From an uncultured Methanoregula sp. (GTDB taxonomy: Archaea > Halobacteriota > Methanomicrobia > Methanomicrobiales > Methanospirillaceae), in assembly GCA_963676405.2 (NCBI GenBank), contig CAXXQB010000027.1, positions 41,241-105,240 of the forward strand: DNA of 64,000 nt, given 5' to 3'. The notes below the pieces were generated by a model, which made no database searches, was not told the DNA's origin, and saw nothing but the letters and a program-made list of their open reading frames with translations. How positions within the stretch are numbered: the stretch's first letter is position 1; the number at the start of each line of letters is the position of its first letter. A program made the position numbers and the translations under genes. This document shows, in pieces, positions 31,152-40,789 of the stretch.

Positions 31152-32656
31152 TTCAGCCACCTCCCTCCAAAGAGTTTCCCGAGATTGATTGCCGTGAGCA
31201 TGCCCAGCACATGATGGTGTGCATCGACTACAGGAAGGGCGCTGATATTGAACTTTTCCAGTTTATGCACGGCGATATCCACTGCCTCATCGGTTGTGGT
31301 CGTAACCACCTTCTTCTTCATGATATCCCGGACCAGCTTTGCCTTCCCGGGATTTGCCACCGCTTTTGAAATGTCAAACGTGGTCACAATCCCGACAAGC
31401 ATGCCCTCCCCATTGATGACTGGCAGATGGTTTGTTTCTCCTTTCAGGAGTTTTTGTGCCGCTGTTTTGATCTCTTCTGACTCACTGATACTGACGATCT
31501 GCCGGTCCATGATATCCATCACACGAGGACCCTTCGAGATCTGGTGCATCGGTTTTACCTGCCGGGTCGTATCAATGGATCGCGTGGGGAGAGCAAGAGA
31601 CATGGTGCCTTTCTCGATCCAGTCTTTTAAGTCCTGTGCCACCACCCGTGCCCTGCGGAAACTGGATAAGGAGGATGTACGTATCAATTCTCCATTTAAT
31701 TCGACACTGCCGGAACGTAATTCGGCATATGATACCTTCCGGATCAGGGGACGGTTCCTGCTCGGGACACCATAATCGATAAGGTCAACTGCAATATCCT
31801 CGTCCCTCACCGCAGTTGCCCGCACTACATCGAGGTCAAGCACCGGGAGCGGGATACCCAACCCGACGTACAGGGTTACACCATATCCATGCATCGTAGC
31901 AGCAGCGAGATAATCCGGCGACATCTTCTTCATATCCCCGGTCACCATGAGTGTCCCAAATCCCCCGGCCGGAGAGCTCTGGGTCCCCTCACCAATCACC
32001 ATGCCCGGTGCACCGCACAAAAAGATCGGTACACCGCTGCCAATCAACCGGAGTTTCGGGTCATTGGATATCGGGTTTAGCACACCAGCGCCGGAGAACG
32101 AGATATTCCCACTGTTCGGGAGGAGCGTGCCCATATAGGTATGCAGCACCCGGTCGGTCGTATTGATCGCCGCATTATAGCGCTGGTACGCGTTACGGGG
32201 GTTGCACATGATCGCCTGGTTCAGATCTTCAAGCGCCAGTTCTGTGGTGATGGTCCGTCGCGGGTAACAGTCAGTGCCGTGCGAACTCGCGCGCAGTTCA
32301 ATGGTTTTTCCTGCCACAAGATCTTCGATCACATGCGCCCCGCCATACTGGTCCTGACGGGTGTCGGACTGTTGCGTTGCACCGATATAGGTATCGACTG
32401 CGGCAAGTCCGCCATACGCCTCTACATTATTCAGCCAGATTCGTTCCATCCTGATCGGGGGATCGGCATGCCCGAAATTAAAAAATGCACCGGATGAACA
32501 CATGGCGCCGAACGTGCCAGTTGTAACGACGTCAACTTCTTTGAGTGCGCCGCGTTCACCCAGTTCAGCGACTATCGACGGCATTTCTTCGGCAGTAACG
32601 ACCCGTGCATTCCCGTCATGAATGCGTTCGTTAATCAGATCGAGTGACTTGTGCAT
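31148..32656 (-). CDS. L-aspartate semialdehyde sulfurtransferase (DUF39 + CBS)
   Basis: DVVTTGTFGAMCSSGA, TDCYPR, NPRNAYQRY; C-terminal CBS pair; start MHKSL. Confidence 0.92.
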   Translation of the reverse strand: MHKSLDLINERIHDGNARVVTAEEMPSIVAELGERGALKEVDVVTTGTFGAMCSSGAFFNFGHADPPIRMERIWLNNVEAYGGLAAVDTYIGATQQSDTRQDQYGGAHVIEDLVAGKTIELRASSHGTDCYPRRTITTELALEDLNQAIMCNPRNAYQRYNAAINTTDRVLHTYMGTLLPNSGNISFSGAGVLNPISNDPKLRLIGSGVPIFLCGAPGMVIGEGTQSSPAGGFGTLMVTGDMKKMSPDYLAAATMHGYGVTLYVGLGIPLPVLDLDVVRATAVRDEDIAVDLIDYGVPSRNRPLIRKVSYAELRSGSVELNGELIRTSSLSSFRRARVVAQDLKDWIEKGTMSLALPTRSIDTTRQVKPMHQISKGPRVMDIMDRQIVSISESEEIKTAAQKLLKGETNHLPVINGEGMLVGIVTTFDISKAVANPGKAKLVRDIMKKKVVTTTTDEAVDIAVHKLEKFNISALPVVDAHHHVLGMLTAINLGKLFGGRWLK

Positions 32657-32746
32657 GTGCCAAAATATCGTTTTATGAATATTAAAAGTAATTGCTATTA
32701 CCAAGAGTAATATATGGTATTTATCTCCCGCAGGTGATAAGTCTGT

Positions 32747-33454
32747 ATGGATCTGCGTGCTTTCATTCTCGATATGGAACGACTTGCACCACCGGCGCTT
32801 GCCGAAGAGTTCGATGCAGGAAAGATCGGGCTTGTTGTTGAAGGAAAACAAGATATACAAAACGTCTGTTGTGCGCTGGACGCAACATCAAAAGTCGTCC
32901 GGCAGGCAGTTCTCGCGGGAGCGGATATGCTCGTTGTCCACCATACGCCGCTGTGGACTCCCGTCACTTCACTCACCGGACGAACTGCTGATCTGATGCG
33001 GAGCGTTTTGTCCGCAAATATGAACGTGTATGTGATGCACACGAATTTTGACCGTGCCGCCGGTGGGGTGAATGATGCGCTATCAGAACTGCTCTCGTTA
33101 CAGGACATCGTCCCCATGACAATGGGAAATATCGGAACCTGTACTATCTCCCTTAAAGAAATATCACGGCGTCTTGGTGGCAACCTGAGGGTATGGGGAA
33201 AGAAAAGAGAGATCCAGCGCCTTGCACTCGTTGCAGGAAGTGGGTTTGATCCGGCAATTATTTCTGAAGCTGCAGAACTGGGTGCTGATGCGTTTCTTTC
33301 CAGTGAAATGAAACATTCCGTTGCGCGTGCGGCATTAATTCCCTGCCTTGAATCAACCCACCATGCGCTCGAAGCGCCAGCGATGCAGCGCCTGAGCGAA
33401 CGGATGGACTGGCAATATATCGCGGATCCTCCCCAACTGCATCATCTTGTATGA
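32747..33454 (+). CDS. Nif3-like dinuclear metal center protein
   Basis: APPALAEEFD..GL, ALD, VHHTPLW, HTNFD..GGVND, HHALE. Confidence 0.92.
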   Translation: MDLRAFILDMERLAPPALAEEFDAGKIGLVVEGKQDIQNVCCALDATSKVVRQAVLAGADMLVVHHTPLWTPVTSLTGRTADLMRSVLSANMNVYVMHTNFDRAAGGVNDALSELLSLQDIVPMTMGNIGTCTISLKEISRRLGGNLRVWGKKREIQRLALVAGSGFDPAIISEAAELGADAFLSSEMKHSVARAALIPCLESTHHALEAPAMQRLSERMDWQYIADPPQLHHLV

Positions 33455-33768
33455 GTGACTTACTTCAGCGGCTTTCTGAAAAAAAGACGCTTGATGATAC
33501 GATGAGGGCGGCTATCGAACAGGAATACGGGATGCCGGGGAAAAAAGCTCTTGCTGCAATCGATACCCACCGGGTGAAAAAATACCTGGATTTTTTTGTG
33601 GTTACCGGTAAAACCGATGAGTACGTGGTGGATGAAAATATCTGCACCTGCCGTGATTTTATCTTCCGTAACCGGCAATGCTGGCACCTGCTCGCAGTAC
33701 GTATCGCCACAATTACCGGATTGTTTGATTCCGTTGACCAGTGGTACCAGGAAACGTGGAAAAAATAA
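33451..33768 (+). CDS. SWIM zinc-finger protein
   Basis: CTCRDF....CWHLLA. Confidence 0.85.
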   Translation: MSDLLQRLSEKKTLDDTMRAAIEQEYGMPGKKALAAIDTHRVKKYLDFFVVTGKTDEYVVDENICTCRDFIFRNRQCWHLLAVRIATITGLFDSVDQWYQETWKK

Positions 33769-33885
33769 GGGAGCAATACACTAATTATCCTGCATCATCA
33801 ACTGTACTGGCAATACGTGATTTTTCATGCTCACCACGCACGTTTTTAAATCTCCTGCACAAATGACCACCCGGATGTGGTCCTG

Positions 33886-36627
33886 ATGCTCGAAGAGGAA
33901 TATCAGCTCGAATATTTTAAAACAGCCGGGCTGACCCGGAAAATATGTACCTGCTGCGGTGCTGCCTTCTGGACGCGTGATCCCTCCCGGGAAAACTGCG
34001 GGGATGCAGCCTGCGAACCCTATACATTCATTGGAAACCCGGTCTTTACCTGTCACTCGCTTGACGGTATGCGCGAAGCATATCTCTCATTTTTCGAGAA
34101 GAACGGGCACACCCGTATCGAGCGCTACCCGGTAGTTGCACGCTGGCGGGACGACATCTATCTCACGATCGCCTCTATCGCAGACTTCCAGCCGTTTGTT
34201 ACCGGTGGCATTGTTCCCCCACCGGCAAACCCGCTCACCATCTCCCAGCCCTGCATCCGGCTGAACGATCTTGATTCTGTCGGCAGATCCGGGCGGCATC
34301 TCACAACTTTTGAGATGATGGCACATCATGCATTTAACACGCCAAATGAGGAGATTTACTGGAAGGACCGTACTGTTGAACTCTGTGATGAGTTCCTCAA
34401 GTCCATTGGGGGCGACTTAAACAAGGTCACGTATAAGGAACACCCGTGGATAGGAGGTGGCAACGCGGGACCAAGTCTTGAGGTCATGATTGGCGGCCTT
34501 GAAGTGGCAACACTCGTCTTCATGAGCCTCGGGCGCCAGAAGACTGCTCACCCGGGATACGAACTGAACGGTGAGATGTATTACCCGATGAAACTCCGGA
34601 TTGTCGATACGGGATACGGTCTCGAACGGCTTGTCTGGGCTTCAAAGGGTTCACCCACAATATATGATGCCGTCTTCCCCGAAATGGTGAGCCGGGTCAT
34701 GAGTTCCGCCGGGCTTTCCCATATGCTGGACAACAAAGATTATACAAAAATCCTTGCCCTGAATGCAAAATTTGCCGGTTTGATGGACATCTCCGGCACG
34801 AACCTTTTCGCTCTCAGGAAAAAAGTGGCTGCGGCGATCGACATCTCCCCGGAAAAACTTGACCGGATGATCACGCCCATTGAAAAGATCTACGCGATTG
34901 TCGATCACACCCGGTGCCTTGCCTATATGCTCGGGGACTGCATCGTTCCATCGAACGTGCGCGAAGGATATCTTGCCCGGCTGGTCATACGCCGCACCCT
35001 GCGGATGATGAACGACCTGAAAATGCAGGACTCTCTTGCCGATCTCATTGAAGAACAGATGAAAATTGTCGGCATGAAAAAGTTTGAGCAGGACATCTCG
35101 GTTGTCCGTGAAATCATCGACCGCGAAGTTGAGAAATATGCATCCACACTCGAACGCGGGACACGGATCGTCCAGAAGATTGCAAAGTCTTACAAGGCAA
35201 AAAGCCAGCGTGTGCCACTCGCCGAGATCATCACGCTCTACGATTCCCATGGTATTCCCCCGGAGATGATAAAAGATATCGCAGCAAAGGAGGGAGCGGT
35301 AATCGATCTCCCGGATAATTTCTATTCCCAGATTGCCGATATGCACTCCGAGTCAAAGAAGGAAGTGGAAACCGACAAGATATCACAGTATACTGAGCGT
35401 GTGCAGGGACTTCCCCCGACAAAAAAGATGTACTATGAACAACCGTCAGAAATTGAGTTCGAAGCGGTGGTACTTGACTTCTTTGACGGCTATGCCGTTA
35501 TCGACCAGACGCTCTTTTACCCGGAAGGAGGCGGTCAGCCGGCGGATACCGGGACGCTTGTCAGTAATGAAAGTATGGTACGGGTGGACGATGTGGTAAA
35601 AGCGGGAGAAGTTATCCTCCACCATATCAGCGGCGGTGTCCTGCAGCGTGGCGAGCGGATCAAAGGGATCGTGGATGAAGAGCGGCGATGGTCCCTGATG
35701 CGTCACCACACGGCTACGCATATTCTCCTCCACGCGGCAAAAGAAGTGCTGGGCGCTCACATCCACCAGTCCGGCGCACAGAAAGGCAGTGAAAGTTCCC
35801 GTATTGATATCCGGCACTTCAAACATATCACACCGGAAGAACTCCGAAAGATCGAGACTGCGGCTAACCGGATGATCATGTCAAGCCAGCCGGTTGAGAT
35901 CTCGATCGAGAACCGGACGAAAGCGGAACAGTTGTACGGGTTCTCGCTATACCAGGGAGGGGTCCCGCCCGGTAAAGACATACGCGTCGTCAAAGTCGCC
36001 GGGGACATCGAAGCCTGTGCCGGTACGCACTGCCGGAACACCGGGGAGGTCGGGGCGATAAAGATCATCCGGGTCGAGCATATCCAGGACGGCATTGAAC
36101 GTATCGAGTTCACCGCCGGCATCGCTGCAATCTATTACATGCAGCACCTTGAACAGATCGCCACATCCTCGGCAGACACGCTTTCCGTGCAACTGGAGAA
36201 CCTGCCGTCAACGGTATCACGGTTCTTTAACGAATGGAAAGACCAGAGGAAGGAGATCGAGCGCATGAGCGCACAGATCGTTGATCTTGAGATGCGTTCT
36301 CTTGTTGCCGAAGATTGCGGGGGTGTTACGGTTGTCATACGCCGGATTGATCTTCCCTCGCGTGAACTCGCAATTCTCGCCACAGCCATCTCCGAAAAAG
36401 GAGGGGTTGCCCTGCTTGGCGCTTCCGGTGAAACGGCACGGGTAGTCCTTGCTTCCGGTAATGCCCGGGTGAATGCCGGTGAGATCATCGGGCAGGTCTG
36501 TAGTCTACTTGGGGGCAAAGGAGGCGGGAAGCCTGCCATGGCTCAGGGAGGCGGACCCGATATTAACCAGCTCGATCTCGCGTTAAAAGTGGGTCGCGAA
36601 CGGATCCTCGCGGCACTCCATGACTGA
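33886..36627 (+). CDS. alaS: Alanine--tRNA ligase (archaeal type)
   Basis: LTIASIADFQP, DTGYGLER, FYPEGGGQ, HHTATH..CAGTH editing motif, GGKGGG. Confidence 0.98.
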   Translation: MLEEEYQLEYFKTAGLTRKICTCCGAAFWTRDPSRENCGDAACEPYTFIGNPVFTCHSLDGMREAYLSFFEKNGHTRIERYPVVARWRDDIYLTIASIADFQPFVTGGIVPPPANPLTISQPCIRLNDLDSVGRSGRHLTTFEMMAHHAFNTPNEEIYWKDRTVELCDEFLKSIGGDLNKVTYKEHPWIGGGNAGPSLEVMIGGLEVATLVFMSLGRQKTAHPGYELNGEMYYPMKLRIVDTGYGLERLVWASKGSPTIYDAVFPEMVSRVMSSAGLSHMLDNKDYTKILALNAKFAGLMDISGTNLFALRKKVAAAIDISPEKLDRMITPIEKIYAIVDHTRCLAYMLGDCIVPSNVREGYLARLVIRRTLRMMNDLKMQDSLADLIEEQMKIVGMKKFEQDISVVREIIDREVEKYASTLERGTRIVQKIAKSYKAKSQRVPLAEIITLYDSHGIPPEMIKDIAAKEGAVIDLPDNFYSQIADMHSESKKEVETDKISQYTERVQGLPPTKKMYYEQPSEIEFEAVVLDFFDGYAVIDQTLFYPEGGGQPADTGTLVSNESMVRVDDVVKAGEVILHHISGGVLQRGERIKGIVDEERRWSLMRHHTATHILLHAAKEVLGAHIHQSGAQKGSESSRIDIRHFKHITPEELRKIETAANRMIMSSQPVEISIENRTKAEQLYGFSLYQGGVPPGKDIRVVKVAGDIEACAGTHCRNTGEVGAIKIIRVEHIQDGIERIEFTAGIAAIYYMQHLEQIATSSADTLSVQLENLPSTVSRFFNEWKDQRKEIERMSAQIVDLEMRSLVAEDCGGVTVVIRRIDLPSRELAILATAISEKGGVALLGASGETARVVLASGNARVNAGEIIGQVCSLLGGKGGGKPAMAQGGGPDINQLDLALKVGRERILAALHD

Positions 36628-37225
36628 TTCTGTTCTCATCCTGGAACCCGGCGATGAGCGGGCGCAGAAGATTGCAAAAGCGATGGCAAGCCAGACGGCA
36701 AATGATATCCTCAACTTTCTTGGCGAGGGACAGAAGAGCCAGACCGAGATCACGGAGCATCTTGCCATCCCGTTCACAACCGCAAAATACCATATAGAGA
36801 ACCTGCTTGACGCCGGTCTTGTTGCCGTAGCTGCCACACGGTACAGTGTGAAAGGGCGGGAGATCAAGTATTACGCGCTCACAAACCAGCTCCTGATCGT
36901 TGCTCCCCGACAGGCAAACGTGCGGTCGCTCTTATTGAAATATGCATCTTTATTTGGCATCGTTATAGTCGGTGCGCTTGCAGTCACGCTCGTGTCGCCC
37001 CTCTTTACGGTTCAGAACTGGATGAGAAATCCCGCACCCATGCAAGTAGCACCGGATACTGGTGCTTTGGCGACAAAGATGACCTATGGGGAAATTGCAT
37101 CGACTTCTGCCACAGGACTTCCCGATGCTGCAATTGCGTTCTTTATTGGCGGATCGCTCGTGATCTGTGTGATGCTCTGCTATGAGTTGTATCTCTGGAA
37201 GAAGCAGAACCAACAGCATTCGTAA
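36620..37225 (+). CDS. ArsR-like HTH protein with C-terminal TM helices
   Basis: TANDIL..SQTEI..TTAKYHIENLLDAGLV..YSVKGRE followed by two TM segments. Confidence 0.85.
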   Translation: MTDSVLILEPGDERAQKIAKAMASQTANDILNFLGEGQKSQTEITEHLAIPFTTAKYHIENLLDAGLVAVAATRYSVKGREIKYYALTNQLLIVAPRQANVRSLLLKYASLFGIVIVGALAVTLVSPLFTVQNWMRNPAPMQVAPDTGALATKMTYGEIASTSATGLPDAAIAFFIGGSLVICVMLCYELYLWKKQNQQHS

Positions 37226-37480
37226 ACGATAGTATGATTTTTAATCGTCACAATGAAAAATCTGCATGGATATGATTCTCTCCAGTTAACCGGCAACTGG
37301 TGTAATCCATTTCAAACAGAAAAAAATGAAGAACCATTCCAAAAAAATTTGGCGGCTCACAGAAGGTAGTGTACGCGAAACGCGGAAAAATCAGGCTCAT
37401 CAAAATTAACAAAAAGAATTTTTGTAACTGTCCAGTATGGTTGATTATTAAACTGAACTGTAAGAAATGGTATTCACGCT

Positions 37481-38035
37481 CTACAGGATGTTTTCGAGTT
37501 TCTGTTCGAGGACGTCAACACCTTTCTTGATGTCTTCAAGATTCTTTCCACCGGTAAGAATGATCTTTCCTGAAGAGAAGATGAGAGCGACGATCTTGGG
37601 ATCTTTAATCCGGTAAACAAGCCCGGGGAACTGTTCGGGTTCGTACTCGATATTCTCGACATTGAACGTGACGGCTACTTTGTTGAGATTGATGCGTCTG
37701 CCGATATTGTATGAACAAACCATATTGGTGATCGCAACTTTGGGCTCTTTATGGATGTCAATACCTGCCCTTTTTACCGACTTCATAACGATCGCAAGAC
37801 CGTCTGTTAACGCCTTCTTGTTACGGATGCCGGTGATCACAATCTTGCCCGTCGAAAAGATCAGGCACGCAATCTTGGGGTTCTCGATACGGTATACTGC
37901 GCCGGGAAACCGTTTCTTATTGAGTTCGCAGTTCTTGACCTTTTCTGACAATGCAACAAGATCAATGGAATCGGCAATGGCACCGGATGCTACCATATTC
38001 TCAATCTTTAAGGATTCGTATTTTTTATCAGCCAT
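37481..38035 (-). CDS. tbp: TATA-box-binding protein (paralog 2)
   Basis: IENMVAS..NKKRFPG..FSTGKIVITG / ITNMVCS..YEPEQFPGL..FSSGKIILTGGK. Confidence 0.95.
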   Translation of the reverse strand: MADKKYESLKIENMVASGAIADSIDLVALSEKVKNCELNKKRFPGAVYRIENPKIACLIFSTGKIVITGIRNKKALTDGLAIVMKSVKRAGIDIHKEPKVAITNMVCSYNIGRRINLNKVAVTFNVENIEYEPEQFPGLVYRIKDPKIVALIFSSGKIILTGGKNLEDIKKGVDVLEQKLENIL

Positions 38036-38476
38036 CTTCTATTCTATGATTCTCCCCAGATCATAATATTAATGGACAATCTTTATGTCATGTCTCCGTT
38101 TATCGTTTCGACGTCATCAGAGTTGCATCTTTTTTAAAACAGACGGGGTCCTCTGCGACAGGGGAATTGAAATGGCAGGAAGCAATGCCTGATGAAGCGA
38201 TACGTGTTGTCAATGGCGGTGCAAAATTGTGCACGTATGGTGGAATAAAAGTGTACGGTTATGTGATCGATTCTTACCAAAAGAATGGAGGAAAACAATT
38301 GTATGAGAATGCGTTTTAAGAGAGTGACGGCGACAAAAAACAAGATGGAGATTACAGAGCGAACCAGGGAAGAAGCCACGAGAGTTCTCATTCAGTGTAT
38401 GTTTGATTAAAAAAAGTGCACTGCATTTTCATGCAAATGAGAAATTCCTACAAAAAAAAGTGTTGAGATTACGGCA

Positions 38477-38560
38477 TCACTTCTTCTTGGGTGCTGCCTT
38501 CTTTGCTACAGATTTCTTAACTTCCGGCTTCTTTGCCGCTGCCTTCTTTGCTGCTGCCAT
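38477..38560 (-). CDS. 27-aa Lys/Ala-rich basic microprotein (histone H1-tail-like)
   Basis: MAAAKKAAAKKPEVKKSVAKKAAPKKK*; strong RBS AGGAGGTGG 7 nt upstream; AT-rich TATA-like region further upstream; too short for the ORF track. Confidence 0.8.
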   Translation of the reverse strand: MAAAKKAAAKKPEVKKSVAKKAAPKKK

Positions 38561-38874
38561 GTGGTTTCCACCTCCTACCGGAATTGGTTATATTTTTTTT
38601 AAATTTATCAATTAATAAATATTTGGGTCACAATACCCTTTTCACGCATAGAATTGGGGTAAACAATCACTTTTGTTCTGTAATTATGGCACGATCAGAC
38701 AAAAACGGATTATGTGTCTGATAATTTACGAAATGCGCAATCCTGCTATAAACCCCCGGATTTCTTTAAATCGGAATATTTGAACGAATTTATAAATCCA
38801 TTTTCTGTCGTTTCCTATAACGATATAGCGCATGCGCTGCGCGAACCATAACACCGTTTGCCGTCCGCTTAGTG

Positions 38875-39006
38875 TAGAGAGCCACAATTACCATCAGTTT
38901 GTTGACAGAGTTTTTGTCCGCCATTCAGCCGCAAGCACCCATACAATCCTCTTGAAAGTGGACATAAAGTATGTCACTGGTTCGGGACCGACACTCTGGC
39001 ACACTA
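38875..39006. repeat. ~130-bp MITE-like / hairpin repeat, copy 1
   Basis: TA-GAGAGCCA...TGGCACAC-TA ends; shares the 24-nt core TTTGTTGACAGAGTTTTTGTCCGC with 40598-40727. Confidence 0.7.
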
Positions 39007-39074
39007 AAATTATGATCCTTCGATAATTTTTTTACGATAGAACAGGAACGACTTACTTATTGAGATTAAATCTC

Positions 39075-39092
39075 TTTTGGGGGGGGTAAAAA
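39075..39092. repeat. Left arm of an 18-bp perfect inverted repeat
   Basis: TTTTGGGGGGGGTAAAAA; exact reverse complement at 40316-40333. Confidence 0.8.
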
Positions 39093-39205
39093 TGATTATC
39101 ACAAAATAAAACGTATCATCAAGCTATTGGAACACGAGATTTAGTCGCTAAAATGGGACTATACCCATAAAAAAATCAGAGAACCTCACCAATAAAAGGT
39201 GATCC

Positions 39206-40303
39206 GTGAACAAACAGATACATTTCATTTTCACGTTCATTGCCATCTCGGCTTTACTGATTGCCGGATGTACCCAGCCGCAGCAGATGGCGGCCCAGAC
39301 CCCGCAGCCAACGACGGTAACACCAGGATCTCACGGGCTGTCCGGCAGTAATAGCAGTGTCGTCTCCCCGGTACCCGTACCAATATATGTTATCGGTCAT
39401 CGGCAACCGGACACGGATAGCATTGCCAGTGCAGTTGCGTATGCCGCGTTGCTGAACCGAATATATCCCGGTTCCCTCTATATTCCTGCACGGTGTGGTG
39501 ATCTGAATGCCGAGTCTCAATATGCTCTCCAGACTGCGGGCCTGGAATCACCGGTGCTGATAGAAAACGCTCACAACAAATCCGTCATACTTGTTGATCA
39601 TAACGAATATGACCAGGCAGTTAAAGGAATAGAAACTGCGGAAATCAGGGAGATCATGGATCATCACCGGCTCGGGGGAATTACAACATTGAACCCGATA
39701 CGGTTCAGAAATGAACCTGTTGGATCTACCGCTACGATTATTACGATGCGATATCGCGAAGAACAGGTTACTCCTGCCCCGGAAATTGCAACAATCCTCC
39801 TCGCAGGTATTCTTTCCGATACCTTGGGGCTCAGGATGTCAACAACGACAGACCAGGACAAAGAAGCTGTAGCATATCTGTCGAACCTGACGGGAATTGA
39901 TCCGGAAAGTTTTGGAAAAACCCTGATTAACAAGGGACTGCTTCTTAACGGTGTCCCCATCAGGGAACTGATTGTTCGTGACGTGAAAGAGTATACCCTG
40001 CAGGGCAGGAATGTGTCAATTGCCCAGATTATGACCGATTCAGATGAATTTCCTCAGAAAAACAAAAAAGAAATTCGCGAGTCCCTCGAGGAATTTCAGA
40101 CAGAACATGGATATGTGGTGAGTATTGTTCTCGTAACGGATATTGTCGATCAGCGGACGTATCTGTTCGCTGCAGGTACACCAGATCTGCTGGAAAAACT
40201 CGGGTATGCAGAACAACCGGTTCTGCTTGAGGGTGTTATGTCAAGAAAATTGGATTTTTTCCCTTCGTTTGCCCAGAAGTTCGAACAAATTGTTCAGGGT
40301 TGA
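39206..40303 (+). CDS. Family II (DHH/DHHA2) Mn-dependent pyrophosphatase with lipoprotein signal
   Basis: LIAGC lipobox and Q/P/T/S linker; GHRQPDTDS, LVDHN, DHH, GILSDT, SRK motifs; GGTGA RBS. Confidence 0.88.
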   Translation: MNKQIHFIFTFIAISALLIAGCTQPQQMAAQTPQPTTVTPGSHGLSGSNSSVVSPVPVPIYVIGHRQPDTDSIASAVAYAALLNRIYPGSLYIPARCGDLNAESQYALQTAGLESPVLIENAHNKSVILVDHNEYDQAVKGIETAEIREIMDHHRLGGITTLNPIRFRNEPVGSTATIITMRYREEQVTPAPEIATILLAGILSDTLGLRMSTTTDQDKEAVAYLSNLTGIDPESFGKTLINKGLLLNGVPIRELIVRDVKEYTLQGRNVSIAQIMTDSDEFPQKNKKEIRESLEEFQTEHGYVVSIVLVTDIVDQRTYLFAAGTPDLLEKLGYAEQPVLLEGVMSRKLDFFPSFAQKFEQIVQG

Positions 40304-40315
40304 ATACAATTTTCC

Positions 40316-40333
40316 TTTTTACCCCCCCCAAAA
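40316..40333. repeat. Right arm of an 18-bp perfect inverted repeat
   Basis: TTTTTACCCCCCCCAAAA, 12 nt after the PPase stop codon. Confidence 0.8.
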
Positions 40334-40494
40334 CATTGCATGAAAACGAGTTAGAAGTGCGCGCTTGTAGCGTATTGCTCAATACATTGTAGTTTGATAG
40401 TAAAAGTACAGCAGAATATTGCTTAAAATTAAGAAATAACGGATAATTTACCGCAAAATTGATTGTACTCGAAGGGGAAACTATTTTGGTGAAA

Positions 40495-40614
40495 ATGTAT
40501 CCCCCACGTATTGTTGATCGTAAAGATCCAAAATGGTTATTGTTGGAGCAGGTCCTCCTCATAACCACATCACGAAGAACCAAACAGGAATTAGTTGTAG
40601 AGTGCCACAATTAA
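40495..40614 (+). pseudogene. Probable transposase N-terminal remnant
   Basis: GGTGA RBS then MYPPRIVDRKDPKWLLLEQVLLITTSRRTKQEL, which resembles from memory the N-termini of methanogen DDE transposases; truncated where repeat copy 2 begins. Confidence 0.5.
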
Positions 40615-40727
40615 TGTCCGATTTGTTGACAGAGTTTTTGTCCGCTTTTCGGTCGCAAGCACCCATCCGTGCTCTTGAAAGCGGACATACATTATGTCAC
40701 TATTTAAGGACAGAAACTGGTACGCTA
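40598..40727. repeat. ~130-bp MITE-like / hairpin repeat, copy 2
   Basis: TA-GAGTGCCA...TGGTACGC-TA ends; internal perfect stem TGTCCGCTTT (40639-40648) / AAAGCGGACA (40678-40687). Confidence 0.7.
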
Positions 40728-40789
40728 CAAGTATACGAGAAAGCCACATTACAAGACAGTGTTAAATATCGTGTTCACGTAAAGAAACT

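Noticed and set aside
30055-32656. DUF39-CBS / NIL-ferredoxin / UPF0280 cluster as a new system
   Set aside because: Matches the described methanogen homocysteine and sulfide assimilation genes (MA1821/MA1822/MA1715 type).
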